This document shows, piece after piece, positions 51,798 through 63,548 of a DNA stretch of 64,000 bases. This DNA comes from Scyliorhinus canicula. Its lineage: Eukaryota. A model generated the notes under the pieces. That model was not told where the DNA came from, did no database searches, and saw nothing but the letters and a program-made list of their open reading frames with translations. Numbering within the stretch: the first letter of the stretch is position 1; every line of letters begins with the position of its first letter. The stretch is from positions 123,777,031-123,841,030 of the forward strand of contig NC_052155.1 in the NCBI RefSeq assembly GCF_902713615.1, read 5' to 3'. A program made the position numbers and the translations under genes.

Positions 51798-53249
51798 ATT
51801 GGCGCACCGCCTTCCTGGTAGATAGTCGGTCAAAGCTCGTCTGTAGTTCGTTGTTCTTTTCCAACTTCGCTGGGTCCCCATCTTCTGCATAAGTCCTCTG
51901 TACCTCCAGCATCTCATCTATTACCCTCTGACCCTCCAGCTTCTCCTCTTTGTCCACCCTGGCCTTAAACAAGATCACCTCGCCCCTCATCACTTCCAGA
52001 GAACCGCCTTTGACACCTCACCCGTGCAGTTGAAACCATCGGCCATCAAGTCCGGCAGCATCTTAGCGAATTGGCCTCGAGCTCTCTGCCGCTTCGGGCA
52101 AGCCCACAATTCTCAGATTATGTCGCCTCGAGCATTTCTCCAAATCCTTGATCTTTGCTCGCAGCCCTCTGTTGACCTCCACCACCCTCCGCAGCTCGTC
52201 CCCCATCGAGGTGAGCTGGTCGCTGTGTTGCAACACGGCCTTCCCCACATCCTTCATCTTTTCACCTTTTTCTCTCACCTCGGCCGATGCCTTTGCCACA
52301 AACAACCTTACCGGGGCGATTGCTTCCTTCACCAACGATTTCATTGTGACCGCCATCTCCTTACTCAACGTCTCCACGTGTCTCACAAACTGCTTCTCCA
52401 GTTCCACAGCCATCACCTCAGTCATCTTTTCCACCATAAGCAGTTTGGCCCCGCCATGTGGTCTGGCCTCCGCCATCTTGTCAGCGCGTTTGCTGGCTCT
52501 CGCACTCGATGGCGAACCCTCGTTTCCTCCCTTCACAGCTGCTTCTCGCGGCCATTTTCGTATCCTTTAACAAACTTACTATTTTTCTTTCTTCAATCCT
52601 TTAAAACAAAAATTTTTTCTCCGGGATCAGACATCTTTAGCGGGAGCCACCCAATGTGCTACTTCCCCTCTACATGATGCGTCCTGTCGCCTCGTGTTAG
52701 GCTCCGCCCTGCTGCTCCAACTGCCAGGCTCGACCCCTCCACTCTGGGTGCTTGACATTCCCGCGGGGTTCTTCACCAGTTTTCAATCGGTTCGATTTGT
52801 CGACCATCCCATAGACCCTAAAGGCCAAAAGAAATCGGGATGGGGGGGATGCGGAGGGAGGAACCCAGGGAAAACGCCAAAAATAGTCAAATTAACTTGT
52901 TGTTTTAATGACTTTTACAATTTTGAATTAAAGACAATTCTTTCACAAAGATTTGGGCTTAGAGTTCATACTTTTTTCACAGCTGTGACTGAACTGAAGC
53001 CTAATAACGTAGCATTGACAATTTTCCAAGTTCCTCATTTTGGCTTTCCACTGTGGTGCCATACCAAAAGAACCCGTATTCAAATACTGCCAAAGCCCAG
53101 GACTCGCCTTTAAGTACAGATGCGCTCTACTCCAATTAATACTGCTAGCTATCATATATCTACTCACTGGCACATCTGGTATGCCATTTTGCAGTATTCA
53201 GTTTATCATATGGGTGAAGGAAAGTTGCATTAAAAATCTGGAACTCCCT

Positions 53250-53487
53250 CCTGTGTGGATTTAGCTCCGTTGACTGGACAGTTGGTTTGTGATGCAGAGC
53301 AAGTCCAACAGCATGGGTTCAAATCAAGTACTGGCTGAGATATTTTTATGAAGGCCCACTTTCTCAACCTTTCCCGCCCACCTGAGGCAGGGTGATCCTC
53401 CGGTTAAGTCACCACCAGTCAGCTCTCCCCTCAAAGGGGAAAGCAGCCTACGGTCATCTAGGACTATGGCAACTTTACTTAACTTTG
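53250..53487 (+). mobile_element. tRNA-derived SINE family 3
   Basis: Head with gggttcaaat B-box-like motif; tail (acttt)n. Confidence 0.75.
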
Positions 53488-55559
53488 TACTTGTGCCAAA
53501 TTAACTACTGTGGTTCAACAAGGTGACTTACCACTGCCTTTTCAAGGGCAGTTAAGGATGAGCAACAAGTTGGCCTTGCTTGTAACACTCTTCCCATGAA
53601 AGAATTAAAAATTTGGAGGAGTAAGTTTTATAGAACAGTGGAAGGAGTTGTGGAATTCAGTCCTCAAAAGCACCAGTAAAAATTTCAGAAATTGGTAAAC
53701 ATTTGCCTTTGTCACTAAGTTATTGTTTTGATGTTGTGCCCTATATGGTATAAATACCATCAAACACTGAATACTCCTTGTGACAACAACGCTGGAGATC
53801 TTCTAGTACACTTTATGCTTGGATAAAGCGTTATAATTAATTTGAGCTTTCATTATAGTCATTTCAGCCTAATTGAGTTAATGTTCTTAATGTAATTCTA
53901 TTTGAGGGAAAAATAAAAACTATATATGGTCGTGGGAGCAATTGTGCTGCATATTAGATTGCCTCCATGGTTATTTGCATGTCATTGCACAATTTGAATA
54001 TAATTGTGGAGTACATTTCTAGATTCTTAATTTTTTTTTTGTTTGAAAAGACTTCCTTTGACTACAATGTTGCTCTGCAATTTTTTTTTACAAATGAGAA
54101 TTGAAGGTGTTTGTGAACATATACCAAGTTGATGCTAATATTATTGTTTATCTTGGAGATTTCTAAACTCGAGTCTGTAAAATCTGATTATGTTGCCACA
54201 AGAACTCTGAACAGGAGAGGACCAGAAAGCCCATTATAGCCCATTGAGCCTGCTGCGCCATTCAGTACGATCATGGACTTCAACTCCACTTTCCCACCTA
54301 CTCTCTACATCCCTTGATTCCATAAGAGACCAAAATTCTTGCCTTTTCGAGCCGCAAATGTATTCAATGGAGCAATGACAACGATAGACCTAGCTGGAGA
54401 TATAGTAAAGGAGGGATAATTGGCTTGGAGGTCAGTTTGAGGATAGACCTGAGCAGGCCATGTTCTCATGGAAATAAGTGGAGCTTGAGGTTCTCTGGTT
54501 TTAATTTATTTGAGATGGGGAACATGTTGCTGTTTGCTCAGAGAAGCCCTGGACCGTTTGGTGCAGCTGTTGATTGTAATTTGGACTTGTGTGGTTTGCA
54601 GGTCTCAGTTGCGACTTGGGAGAAATCTTGGGGAGCAGAGAAAGTGGCTGTTTGTACCCTGATAGAGCCAATTGGGGCTCCGAAAACCTGGGAGCCATTT
54701 ATAGCTCACTGTGGCTGGGAGATGCGTTCAGAGAAACCAAGGGACAGTTCCAGTCTAGTGTAGCTCACCGTCTAAGAGTTGGAATTGTGCCCATAATTAG
54801 AAGTGCATGCAGCTTTGTGAATCTTGTTGAATGCAGTCTAGAGAGAAGAGATTGAACCATCAAGGGATGAACAGTCATTGAACCAATGAGTCGCATCAGC
54901 TTTGAGGGAATTCAGTGGCTCAGTCTTTCAAAATGAAGAGTTGAAATCCCACCTGATGAGAGTTTCTGCAAGATGTTTGGATTCATGGTGATCACTGACA
55001 TCTTGCTGAGAAATCCGTGGGATCTGTCTTTGTAACATCTGCCATTTAATGTGCTGTGTGGTGTGATCGACCACTGTTTACCTGTTAAATCATATTTACC
55101 CCGTTAATTCTGATTGTTGGAATACAAGATATTTATTATAAATTGTTTTACTTCCTGACTTTGTATTAGTAAAGCTTAATTTTGTTTGTTTAAAACTGTG
55201 GGACTTTGTGGTGTTTTTCTCCTAGCGGATACTGAAATTGTTTTGTTTACCTAAACACACAAAAAATCACTGATCCTTAACCGGATTGTAAACCCCAACT
55301 GTTAACACTGTGCTCTTCCAACACCTCTCCACTGTTCGGTGAGACTGCACTCAGCTGTTCCTATTCTTATCAATCTAATCTTAACCAGAGAATCACCCAC
55401 TCTGACTTTTCTTTCCGTACCAACACCATTACCTCCACTGTCCCCCAAGGATCTATTATTTGTACCTTTGTTTTCCAATGGTGCCATGGAGGACTAATAT
55501 GTAGATACAATTATAGTGTCAGTTTACACGTGTATGTTGATGACGTGCACTATTTGTCC

Positions 55560-56380
55560 AACAGCCAGTACTAGATGAGCAGAAACTTTTACAACTGAAT
55601 ATTTAGATTGTAGCCACTGTTTTCAGTCCTGATTGCAAAATCCATTTCTTAGCTCTCCGTGGCAATTATTTGAGGCTGACCAAGACTGCTCACAACTTTG
55701 GTGTTATATTTGACTCTACTTTTGCCCAGCTCATCTGCTGAAACTCTTTTCTTTTTTTTCTTTTCTTTTTTTTTTATTGGAATTTTTTGCAGAAAATATA
55801 ACAAAAAGTATAGCAAAAAGCAGTAATATGCAAATATGCAACTAACAGCCCCATAACACCCACAATTCCCCCCATTGAAACTCTTTTCTATACCTTTGCT
55901 ACCCCTCAACTTTCCAATGAGCTCCTGGACATCATCCAATGTAATCTTGAACTCATCCAAAACTCAGCTGCCTGGGTCCTAACCCACCTATCACCCCACC
56001 CCCCTGCCCACCGACCTACATTGGTTCCTAGTTAAGCAACGCCATGATTTAGAAGTTTTCATTGTTATTTTCGAATTCCTCCAGGCCTCACTGCTCCCTA
56101 TTTTTCTCTAATTGCCTCCGAAATATCTGTGCAACTTAATTCTGGCCTCTTGATTTTAACCGTTTCACCATTGGTGTACACGCCTCCAGCTGTCTGGGCC
56201 TCAAACTCCACCCATTCTTCTTCCTTTAGGATATTCCTTTAAAATCTTCCTCTTTGACCAAGCTTTTGGTTATCTGCCCTGAACTCTACTTATGTGACTC
56301 AGTCTCAGATTTTGCTTTAAAATATTGCCATGTAACTTCTTGGGATGACTTATTGTGTTAAAGGTGCGATGTAGATATAA
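55560..56380 (+). mobile_element. Degenerate L2-like LINE 3' end with nested L1 3' tail (55745-55880, -)
   Basis: aaaactcagctgcc...ctacattggttcc (LHW motif), ttaaaatcttcctctttgaccaagctttt. Confidence 0.6.
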
Positions 56381-56577
56381 AAAAGACTTGCACGTGTATA
56401 GTGCATTCGTTTGTGACCGCAATACTTTCCAAAACGCTTTATGGTCAATGAAGTGTAGTTCATGTTCTTATCTCAGAAACACGGCAACCAGTTTGTACAC
56501 TGCAAGTTTCTTCAAACTGAAATGTCATAATTACCTGATCATATGTTGATCATCTGTTTTGTGATGTTGATTGAGAG

Positions 56578-56883
56578 AATCATAGAATTCCAACAGTGCA
56601 GAAGGAGGCCATTTGGCCCATTGTGCTTGCACTGACCCACTGAAAGAGTACCGCCTGCCTTATCCCCATAACCCCACCTAACCTTTGGAGATGGAGACTA
56701 AGGGCAATTTTGAATGGCCAGTCCACCTAACCAGCACATCTTTGAACTGTGGGAAGAAACCGGGGGAGACCCACGTAGACACTGGAAGAATGGGCAAACT
56801 CTCCACGGAGACTAACCTGAGGCCGAAATTGAACCCAGGTCCCTGGCGCAGTGAGGCAGCAGTGCTAACCACTGTGCCGCCCT
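56578..56883 (-). mobile_element. V-SINE/HE1-like SINE
   Basis: Head, core and tail on the minus strand. Confidence 0.88.
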
Positions 56884-57277
56884 TCGATTTGTGTATGATT
56901 GAAGTTAGCATTTCTTTAATAATTAGATAGTGTAGTGAAGGCTACTGTCCTGCTTTTTTGTTTTGTGCTATCCATCCCTGCACTGCGGCCACACCAGGAA
57001 AATGTTTGGGGGAAGCACTGATATAAATAATAACAGCAGAAAAATATGATTGCAATAGTTAATCCCGTAGCTGATGCTGACACAAGTCTGGTGGTCCTCT
57101 ACCATAATTACTTTAAGAGACATCAGAATTTTGGATTTGTACTCGAGTTTTGGAAGTTGCAACTGAACAGTTAATTCATAACTGTCACGCTGAGAAGGTT
57201 AAGTTTAATTTGCATCTTCCAAAAGGCAAAGTATTGCATAGTCGGCAAAGCATTCTAAAATGTGATGCAAAATATAT

Positions 57278-57832
57278 TGTTATGGGCCAGGGTTTAGAGA
57301 ACCCCAAAGTGTATCATGGAGTTCACCTGACCCACAACTTTTAATAGATTGTGGTACGGGGAGCACACGGCCCACTCTGCAGATGTGATACAGCAGAAAT
57401 GGAAAAGTATTTTTTAAAGCAAAACAATGTTTATTCTATGAACTCAAGTTAACCTTTTTAAAACATACAGTGAACATCTTAGCAACCATTAATTCAAATA
57501 CAACCCCCAAGAATACCATACCAAGTAATCCTTAATAACTTACCAAACAACATCCAGAAGACAAAAGAAACACATTTTAACAGAAGCACATCAGGTTTAC
57601 ATTCACTACTGAAAACGTTTATAATTCTGAATTCACCAAACGATCATGACAGAGAGATCAACAGTACACCCGCTTTGTCTGGCTTCAGCTCCAAAACTGA
57701 AAACGAAACTAAAACACACCCTGCAGCTAACAGCCTAAAACGAAAGTAAAAAAGCTGACAGACAGCCCAGCTCCACCCGCACTCTGACATCACTGATAAA
57801 CACCCATTTCTTAAAGATACTCTCCCATGACA
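57278..57832 (-). mobile_element. Solo LTR (family B) with 4-bp TSD
   Basis: TGTTATGGG...CCCATGACA termini flanked by atat/atat; a 4-bp TSD suggests a Gypsy-type integrase. Confidence 0.88.
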
Positions 57833-59246
57833 ATATTGCCTTTTTGGAATTTGAACAGCTGGGTTTAAATGGAAATATAGATTGGCATGCTGCTGCAGAA
57901 ATTTAGTTATGTTAAAATGGCTGGAACCCACTTAGGGCAGTTGCATTACTTTTGTCATTGAAGTAATAATATTCAGAATCCAGTGGAAAATGTAGTTCTG
58001 ACTAACTAGAGAGTAGATTTTCATAGAGTAGAAGTAATGCTATAAAATGAATTATTATTCAAAGATTTATCCTATGATTGACCAATTAATGATTTACTTT
58101 CTACATTACAACTTCCTTGGATTGGGAAGAAAAGATAGTTCTTGCATTGATATTTTACGCATGAATTTGAATTTTTCTGCTTCACTTATTTTTATTTATG
58201 AATAAAACTAATAAAAATAAAATCTTGGCATGCTAGAAGGAGTATTGTATATTTGTTGCAGACAGAACTCACCTGAGCATTTCTGTTTCTGCAAATGAAA
58301 GTTTGCAATTCTCCTTGTAATTATAATGCTGTCTCTGTAGTGTCCAGGTGCTGTGATCATTCTGTTAAATTGTAATGCTCTTCAGCATTAATTAATGCAA
58401 TCTTCACTATTGCAGGATCTATTGCAATATGTTTTAGAAATGCAAAGCCGGTCTAGACTTACTGCTGAAAGTTGAAATCAGATTGTCACATCTTGATTCC
58501 TCATGTAGAGATCTATTGGACTGGGTCAACTAACTACTCTTTCACTCCAAGGTTAAAAAGAATTGGCAAAAACATCCTGTGGCGTTATGTGCAAGGTGGC
58601 CCACATTAGGGTACTCTTCTTTTAGCCCTTTTGCCCAGTTTCTTGGGGGTATTTTTGTTTAAAAATCCACTGATGTAATTGAATAAGGTGCCGACGTAGA
58701 CAAAATGCCCAGAAAGACCAGGGGGAAAGCCTGAAAGCAGAAGTTCCTCGACTGAATAGGAGGCTTCTTGGGGCTCTTCAGTGGGGAAAATGGCAGAGGC
58801 AGCTTCTGTGACTCCACCATGCCACTAACAGCTGCGATGCTTGCCGCGGAATTTGAGAAGCAGTGGCAAGTAGTGTTGGGAGACCTCCACAAGTCGATGG
58901 AAGAGGCCCTGGCTCTTTATTTTTGTGTGGGTGGAATGTTTTGTAAATTGGATTTGCTTGGGGGGGGGGGGGGGGGGGGGGGGATTTAATTCTATGGGGA
59001 ATTTTGATCTATTTGTTATAAGTGTTGTGGAAATAAGTACTGTTTTTTTATACTTCGTCCTTTTCTGTTAGCATTTTTCTTCACTCTCTGGGTAGGAGCT
59101 GCCTCTTAGATCGCAGACCTGACCCCCCATCAGTGGCTAGGGTACTTAACCAAAACCGCAATATTTTAGTACATTTTAAGACTGTGTAAAGAATGATTTG
59201 CTCTCGGAGTGACTGCATGAAAAAATAGGGTTTTAGTATTTCTTTT

Positions 59247-59473
59247 AAATATAAATTTAGAGTTACCAATTCATTTCCCCCCCCCCAATTAAGGCGCAAT
59301 TTAGCGTGGCCAATTCACCTACCCTGCACATCTTTGGGTTGTGGGGGGGAGACCCACGCAGACACGGGAAGAATGTGAAAACTCCACACGGAGAGTGACC
59401 CGGGGCAGGGATCGAACCCAGGTCCTCGTCCCCATGAGGCAACATTGCTAACCACTGTGCCACCGTGCTGCCC
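59247..59473 (-). mobile_element. V-SINE short subfamily
   Basis: Head and core on the minus strand. Confidence 0.87.
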
Positions 59474-59529
59474 GGGGTTTTGGTATTTCTAAAACAAAAC
59501 TTTATTATGAAAGGAATATTAGGGGACCT

Positions 59530-60115
59530 CTTGTGGAGGCATGTAGTTGGAGGTTGCACATTGAGTAGCCCCCCTTAAAGTCCTCTGTTTCTGGCCATTT
59601 TCACCAGTTTTTTGGTGGGAACTTGAATGTAATCTTGTTCTAAAAGAGTTCTGGGCACTAGAGGATGTTGAAATCTGAAAGAAAGGATATTGGGAGAAAG
59701 GGAAGAGCATTAGTCCACCAGCAGAGTCGACCATGGTGCAGAGTTCTTTTGGAGGAAAGATGGCAGGGAACAAGCTTGCCAGGTGGGACTGCGCCCATTA
59801 CTGTGGATATGCTGGCCAAGGTGATGGTGGTGGAGTTTGAGTAACAATTTGCCAAGCATTTTGAGCGGCAAGGGAAGGAGATGATGGACACTAAACGGTG
59901 GAGGACCCGCTGGCCCTGATCATGGAGGACCTTGGAAAGACATCGGAAGCGGAGTTGCTGAAGGTGGAGGACAGAAATAGGAGCCTGAGACCAAGGTTGA
60001 GGACCTGGAGAACAGTTCGTGACGGGAGAACTTCAGGATCGTGGGGCTGCCTGAGGGAGTGGGGGGCCTGATGCCGACGGATCTGTTGGGAGGAGGAGAA
60101 TGCCCATCATCATCA

Positions 60116-60148
<33 letters not shown>

Positions 60149-60815
60149 ACCCTTTAAGCTGGGCAGGTCACTCTAGCCAAGAACTGTGATTGTGTGCGTC
60201 CACAACTATTAGATGAAGGAACAGTTCTTTAGATGGGCCAAGCAGAATCGGAGGGGAGATGGGACGGCAGCAATATTCATATATACCAGGATGTCATGGT
60301 GGATCCGGCGAGAAGGTGTGCTGCGTTCAATAAAGCGAAGGCAGTGCTTTTCAAGAGTGAGTGTGATTCGTGGTTCTCTACCCGGTGAGGCTGAGGGTCA
60401 TGCATAACTTAAGGGAGTTGTGTGTGAAGGCTGAAGGACTGTAACTGAACTGAGGTGGGTGTTGGAACTTTGTTGCGGTTGGGAAGTGTTTGATATGTTA
60501 TGCTGTTTGTGCCCTCTAATTTCTTTGTACATAAGTTAGTGTTAAAGTTAAATCTTGTTTGGGGTGTTTTTACGTGGTGGGGGTTGTCGAGGGTGTGCTT
60601 ATGGAGGGAGGGGAGAAAAGTGCCAGTTTCTGGATGAGCTAGGAGGTGGGGAAGTTTAGAGGTGATTGGTTCGGGTGTGGGGTGTTTGCTTGCAGTTCCT
60701 TTTGTAATGGATGCAGGGGGTGGGATCTTTGGCGAGGGCCACCTCCCTAGCAAACTGGAGTTGGCTCGTTAACTGGAGCGAGGTTGGGGGAGGAACTGCA
60801 GTTGGCCGAACCTGC
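59530..60815 (+). mobile_element. L1-clade 5'UTR/ORF1 remnant (related remnant at about 58580-59080)
   Basis: gaggacctggagaacagttcgtgacgggagaacttcaggatcgtggggctgcctgagggagtg = EDLENSS*RENFRIVGLPEGV. Confidence 0.75.
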
Positions 60816-61482
60816 TATTAGGGATAGGAAATATATTAAACTTAATTGGTTATGATATTCCAAAATTCCATGGACATGGGAAAAGTTCCAGTGGATTGGA
60901 AAAATGCTAACGTTCTGCCCTTATTCAAAAAGGGAGGTAGGCAGAATGTGGGAAATTACAGACCAGTTAATTTAACATCTATTGTTGAAAATTTGTTCGA
61001 ATCAATTATCAAGGACGTAATATCAGGACATTTGGAAAGCCAAAGTGCAATCCATCAGAGTCAATGTGGTTTTATGAAGGGAAAATCATGTTGAGTTCTT
61101 TGAAGATGTAACAAACAAAGTGGATAATGGGGATCTTGTAGGTGTAGTGTATCTGGACTTCTGGAAGGCATTTGATAAGGTGCCACACAAGGTTGATTCA
61201 CAAGGTGAGATCACATGGGATTAGGGGTAACTTATTAGCTTGGATAGAAGACTGGCTGACGGACAGGAGACAGAGAGTCAGGATAAATGGGTCTTTTTCT
61301 GGATGGCAATATGTAACTAGTTTGGTGCCACAGGGTTTGGTCCTTGGGCCCCGGCTATTTGCAATCCAAATTTAACAACTTGGATAACGGGATAGAAGGT
61401 TCTGTAACCAAATTTGTAGATGACACAAAAATAGGTAGAAGTCTTACAACACCAGGTTAAAGTCCAACAGGTTTGTTTCAAA

Positions 61483-61517
61483 CACTAGCTTTCGGAGCAC
61501 GGCTCCTTCTTCAGGTG
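61483..61517 (-). ncRNA. Minimal type I hammerhead ribozyme motif in the inverted 5' pLTR
   Basis: Same motif on the minus strand, with A instead of C at cleavage position 17. Confidence 0.75.
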
Positions 61518-61667
61518 AATGGAAAGGCTTGTTCCAGAAATGTTTATATAGACACAGTCAGAGATGCCCCGGAATGCGAGCACCTGCAGGCAATCAAATC
61601 ATCAAAGATGCAGAGAGAGAGGTAACTCCAGGTTAAAGAGGTGTGAATTGTCCCAACGGGACATGGA

Positions 61668-62444
61668 ACGGGATATGGCGCTCGACTCATTGATCGACAG
61701 TTCCACCGCGCCACAGCAAAAAACCGCACCGACCTCCTCAGAAGACAAACACGGGACACCACTGACAGAGTACCCTTCGTCGTCCAGTACTTTCCTGGGG
61801 CGGAGAAACTACGACATCTTCTTCGCAGCCTCCAACACATCATCAGCGAGGATGGACATCTTGCCAAGGTCATCCCCACACCCCCACTACTGGCCTTCAA
61901 ACAACCGCGCAACCTCAAACAAACCATTGTTTGCAGCAAATTACCCAGCCTTCAGAACAGCAACCACAACACCACAAAACCCTGCCAGGGTAATCTCTGC
62001 AAGACATGCCAGATCATCGACATGGACACCACCATTACACGTGGAAACACCACCCACCAGGTACGCGGCGCATACTCGTGCGACTCGACCAATGTAGTCT
62101 ACCTCATACGCTGCAGGAAAGGATGTCCCGAAGCGTGGTACATTGGCGAGACCATGCAGACACTGCGACAACGAATAAACGGGCATTGTGCGACTATCAA
62201 CAGGCAGGACTGTTCCCTTCCAGTTGGGGAACACTTCAGCAGTCAAGGACATTCAGCCTCTGATCTCCGGGTCAGCATTCTACAAGGAGGCCTTCAGGAG
62301 ACGCGACAACGCAAAATTGCTGAGCAAAAACTTATAGCTAAGTTCCGCACGCATGAATGCGGACTCAACCGGGATCTGGGATTCATGTCGCATTACATTC
62401 GGCCCCCACCAACAAGCCTGGACTTGCAGAGGCCTACCGACTGA
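61668..62444 (+). CDS. Penelope ORF C-terminal part: post-RT/thumb region, Cys-rich linker, GIY-YIG endonuclease (truncated, no start)
   Basis: Uninterrupted frame TGYGARLIDRQF...RVPFVVQYFPG...LAFKQPRNLKQTIV...PCQGNLCKTC...CDSTNVVYLIRCRKGCPEAWYIGETMQTLRQRINGH...RKIAEQKLIAKFRTHECGLNRD. Confidence 0.9.
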   Translation, partial: TGYGARLIDRQFHRATAKNRTDLLRRQTRDTTDRVPFVVQYFPGAEKLRHLLRSLQHIISEDGHLAKVIPTPPLLAFKQPRNLKQTIVCSKLPSLQNSNHNTTKPCQGNLCKTCQIIDMDTTITRGNTTHQVRGAYSCDSTNVVYLIRCRKGCPEAWYIGETMQTLRQRINGHCATINRQDCSLPVGEHFSSQGHSASDLRVSILQGGLQETRQRKIAEQKLIAKFRTHECGLNRDLGFMSHYIRPPPTSLDLQRPTD

Positions 62445-62589
62445 ACTGGCTTGGGACAATTCACACCTCTTTAACCTGGAGTTACCTCTCTCTCTGCATC
62501 TTTGATGATTTGATTGCCTGCAGGTGCTCGCATTCCGGGGCATCTCTGACTGTGTCTATATAAACATTTCTGGAACAAGCCTTTCCATT

Positions 62590-62624
62590 CACCTGAAGAA
62601 GGAGCCGTGCTCCGAAAGCTCGTG
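62590..62624 (+). ncRNA. Minimal type I hammerhead ribozyme motif in the 3' pLTR
   Basis: CAC-CUGAAGA-a-GGAGC(CGU)GCUCC-GAAA-GC-U-C/GUG: core boxes, 5-bp stem II, palindromic AGCU stem III, CAC/GUG stem I. Confidence 0.78.
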
Positions 62625-63401
62625 TTTGAAACAAACCTGTTGGACTTTAACCTGGTGTTGTAAGACTTCTTACTGTGCTCACCCCAGTCCAACGCCGGCA
62701 TCTCCACATCACAAAAATAGGTGACAGTAAGTTGCAATAAAGAAATAAGAAATTTACAAATGGATATAGATAGGTTAAGAGAGTGGGCCAAAATGTGGCA
62801 GATGAAGTTTAATGTGGATAAGTGTGAAGTCATGCATTTTGTTCGATTAAATGGAAAGGCAATTTATTATCTAAATGGGTAGAGGCTTCGGGGTGCTCCG
62901 GTGCAGAGGGATCTGGGTGTCCTCGTGCATGAGTCATAGAAAACAGGCATGCAGGTGCAGATAATAAGGAGAGCGAATGGACTGTTGGCATTTATAGTAA
63001 AAGGAATTGAGTATAAAAGGAAGTGTTGTTGCAACTATATACGGCATTGGTAAGATCACGCCTGGAGTATTGTGTACAGTTTTGGTCACTTTATTTGAGG
63101 AAAGATGTAGTGGCATTGGAGGCAGTTCAGTAGAGGTTCACTAGGTTGATTCCAGAGACATGGGGTTTGTTATATGAAGAGAGATTGAACAGTTTAGGCC
63201 GATATTCTCGATAGAGTTTAGAAGAATGAGGGGAGATCTAATTGAGGTATACAAGATGCTAAAAGGTATTGTTAAAGTAAACGTGGAGTTGATGCTTCCT
63301 CTTGTGGGGCATTCTAAAATGAGAGGTCATAATCTTAGAAAAAGAGGTAGCAAATTTAAAACCGATTGGAGAAAAAAACTACTCCCAAAGGATTGTGAAT
63401 C

Positions 63402-63548
63402 TGGGGCAGCACGGTGGCACAGTGGTTAGCATTGCTGCCTCACGGCGCTGAGGTCCTAGGTTCGATCCCGGCTCTGGGTCACTGTCTGTGGAGTTTGCAC
63501 ATTCTCCCCGTGTTTGCGTGGGTTTCGCCCTCACAACCCAAAGATGTG
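63402..63548 (+). mobile_element. V-SINE 5' half
   Basis: Head and core up to ccaaagatgtg. Confidence 0.88.

Larger units (their letters stand above)
48085..52680 (-). mobile_element. Near end-to-end but internally deleted L1-clade LINE
   Basis: ORF1 52063-52536 (coiled coil + DLEKCSRRHNLRIVGLPE); ORF2 motifs GKVAGPDGFPVEY, GTRQGCPMSPVLFALAIEPLA, GYKLNRDKSEYF; 3' A-rich end. Confidence 0.9.
61437..62709 (+). mobile_element. 5'-truncated Penelope-like retroelement (Neptune-type) with inverted pLTR and 12-13 bp TSD
   Basis: GIY-YIG endonuclease frame. 61437-61656 is the reverse complement of 62451-62670 (219/220 identical). TSD cacaaaaataggt at 61424-61436 and 62710-62722. Confidence 0.93.
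60845..63401 (+). mobile_element. CR1 LINE RT/3' region split by the Penelope insertion
   Basis: GKVPVDWKNANVLPLFKKGGRQNVGNYRPVNLTS; VPQGLVLGP; FVDDTKIG at the insertion site; RGDLIEVYKML. Confidence 0.9.

Noticed and set aside
52024-52677. 217-aa + strand ORF
   Set aside because: Antisense shadow of L1 ORF1.
54380-55300. Possible additional solo LTR
   Set aside because: Composition is LTR-like, but I could not fix termini, a TSD or a second copy.
56514-56549. KLKCH peptide resembling the start of the ZBTB10 zinc finger (KLKCPHC)
   Set aside because: No second Cys/His pattern, a stop follows within a few codons, and it lies in a SINE/L2 tail; coincidence.
61564-62097. 177-aa ORF sharing its N-terminus with minus ORF 62280-62543
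   Set aside because: The identity is only a consequence of the inverted pLTR; it is an alternative frame of the Penelope ORF.
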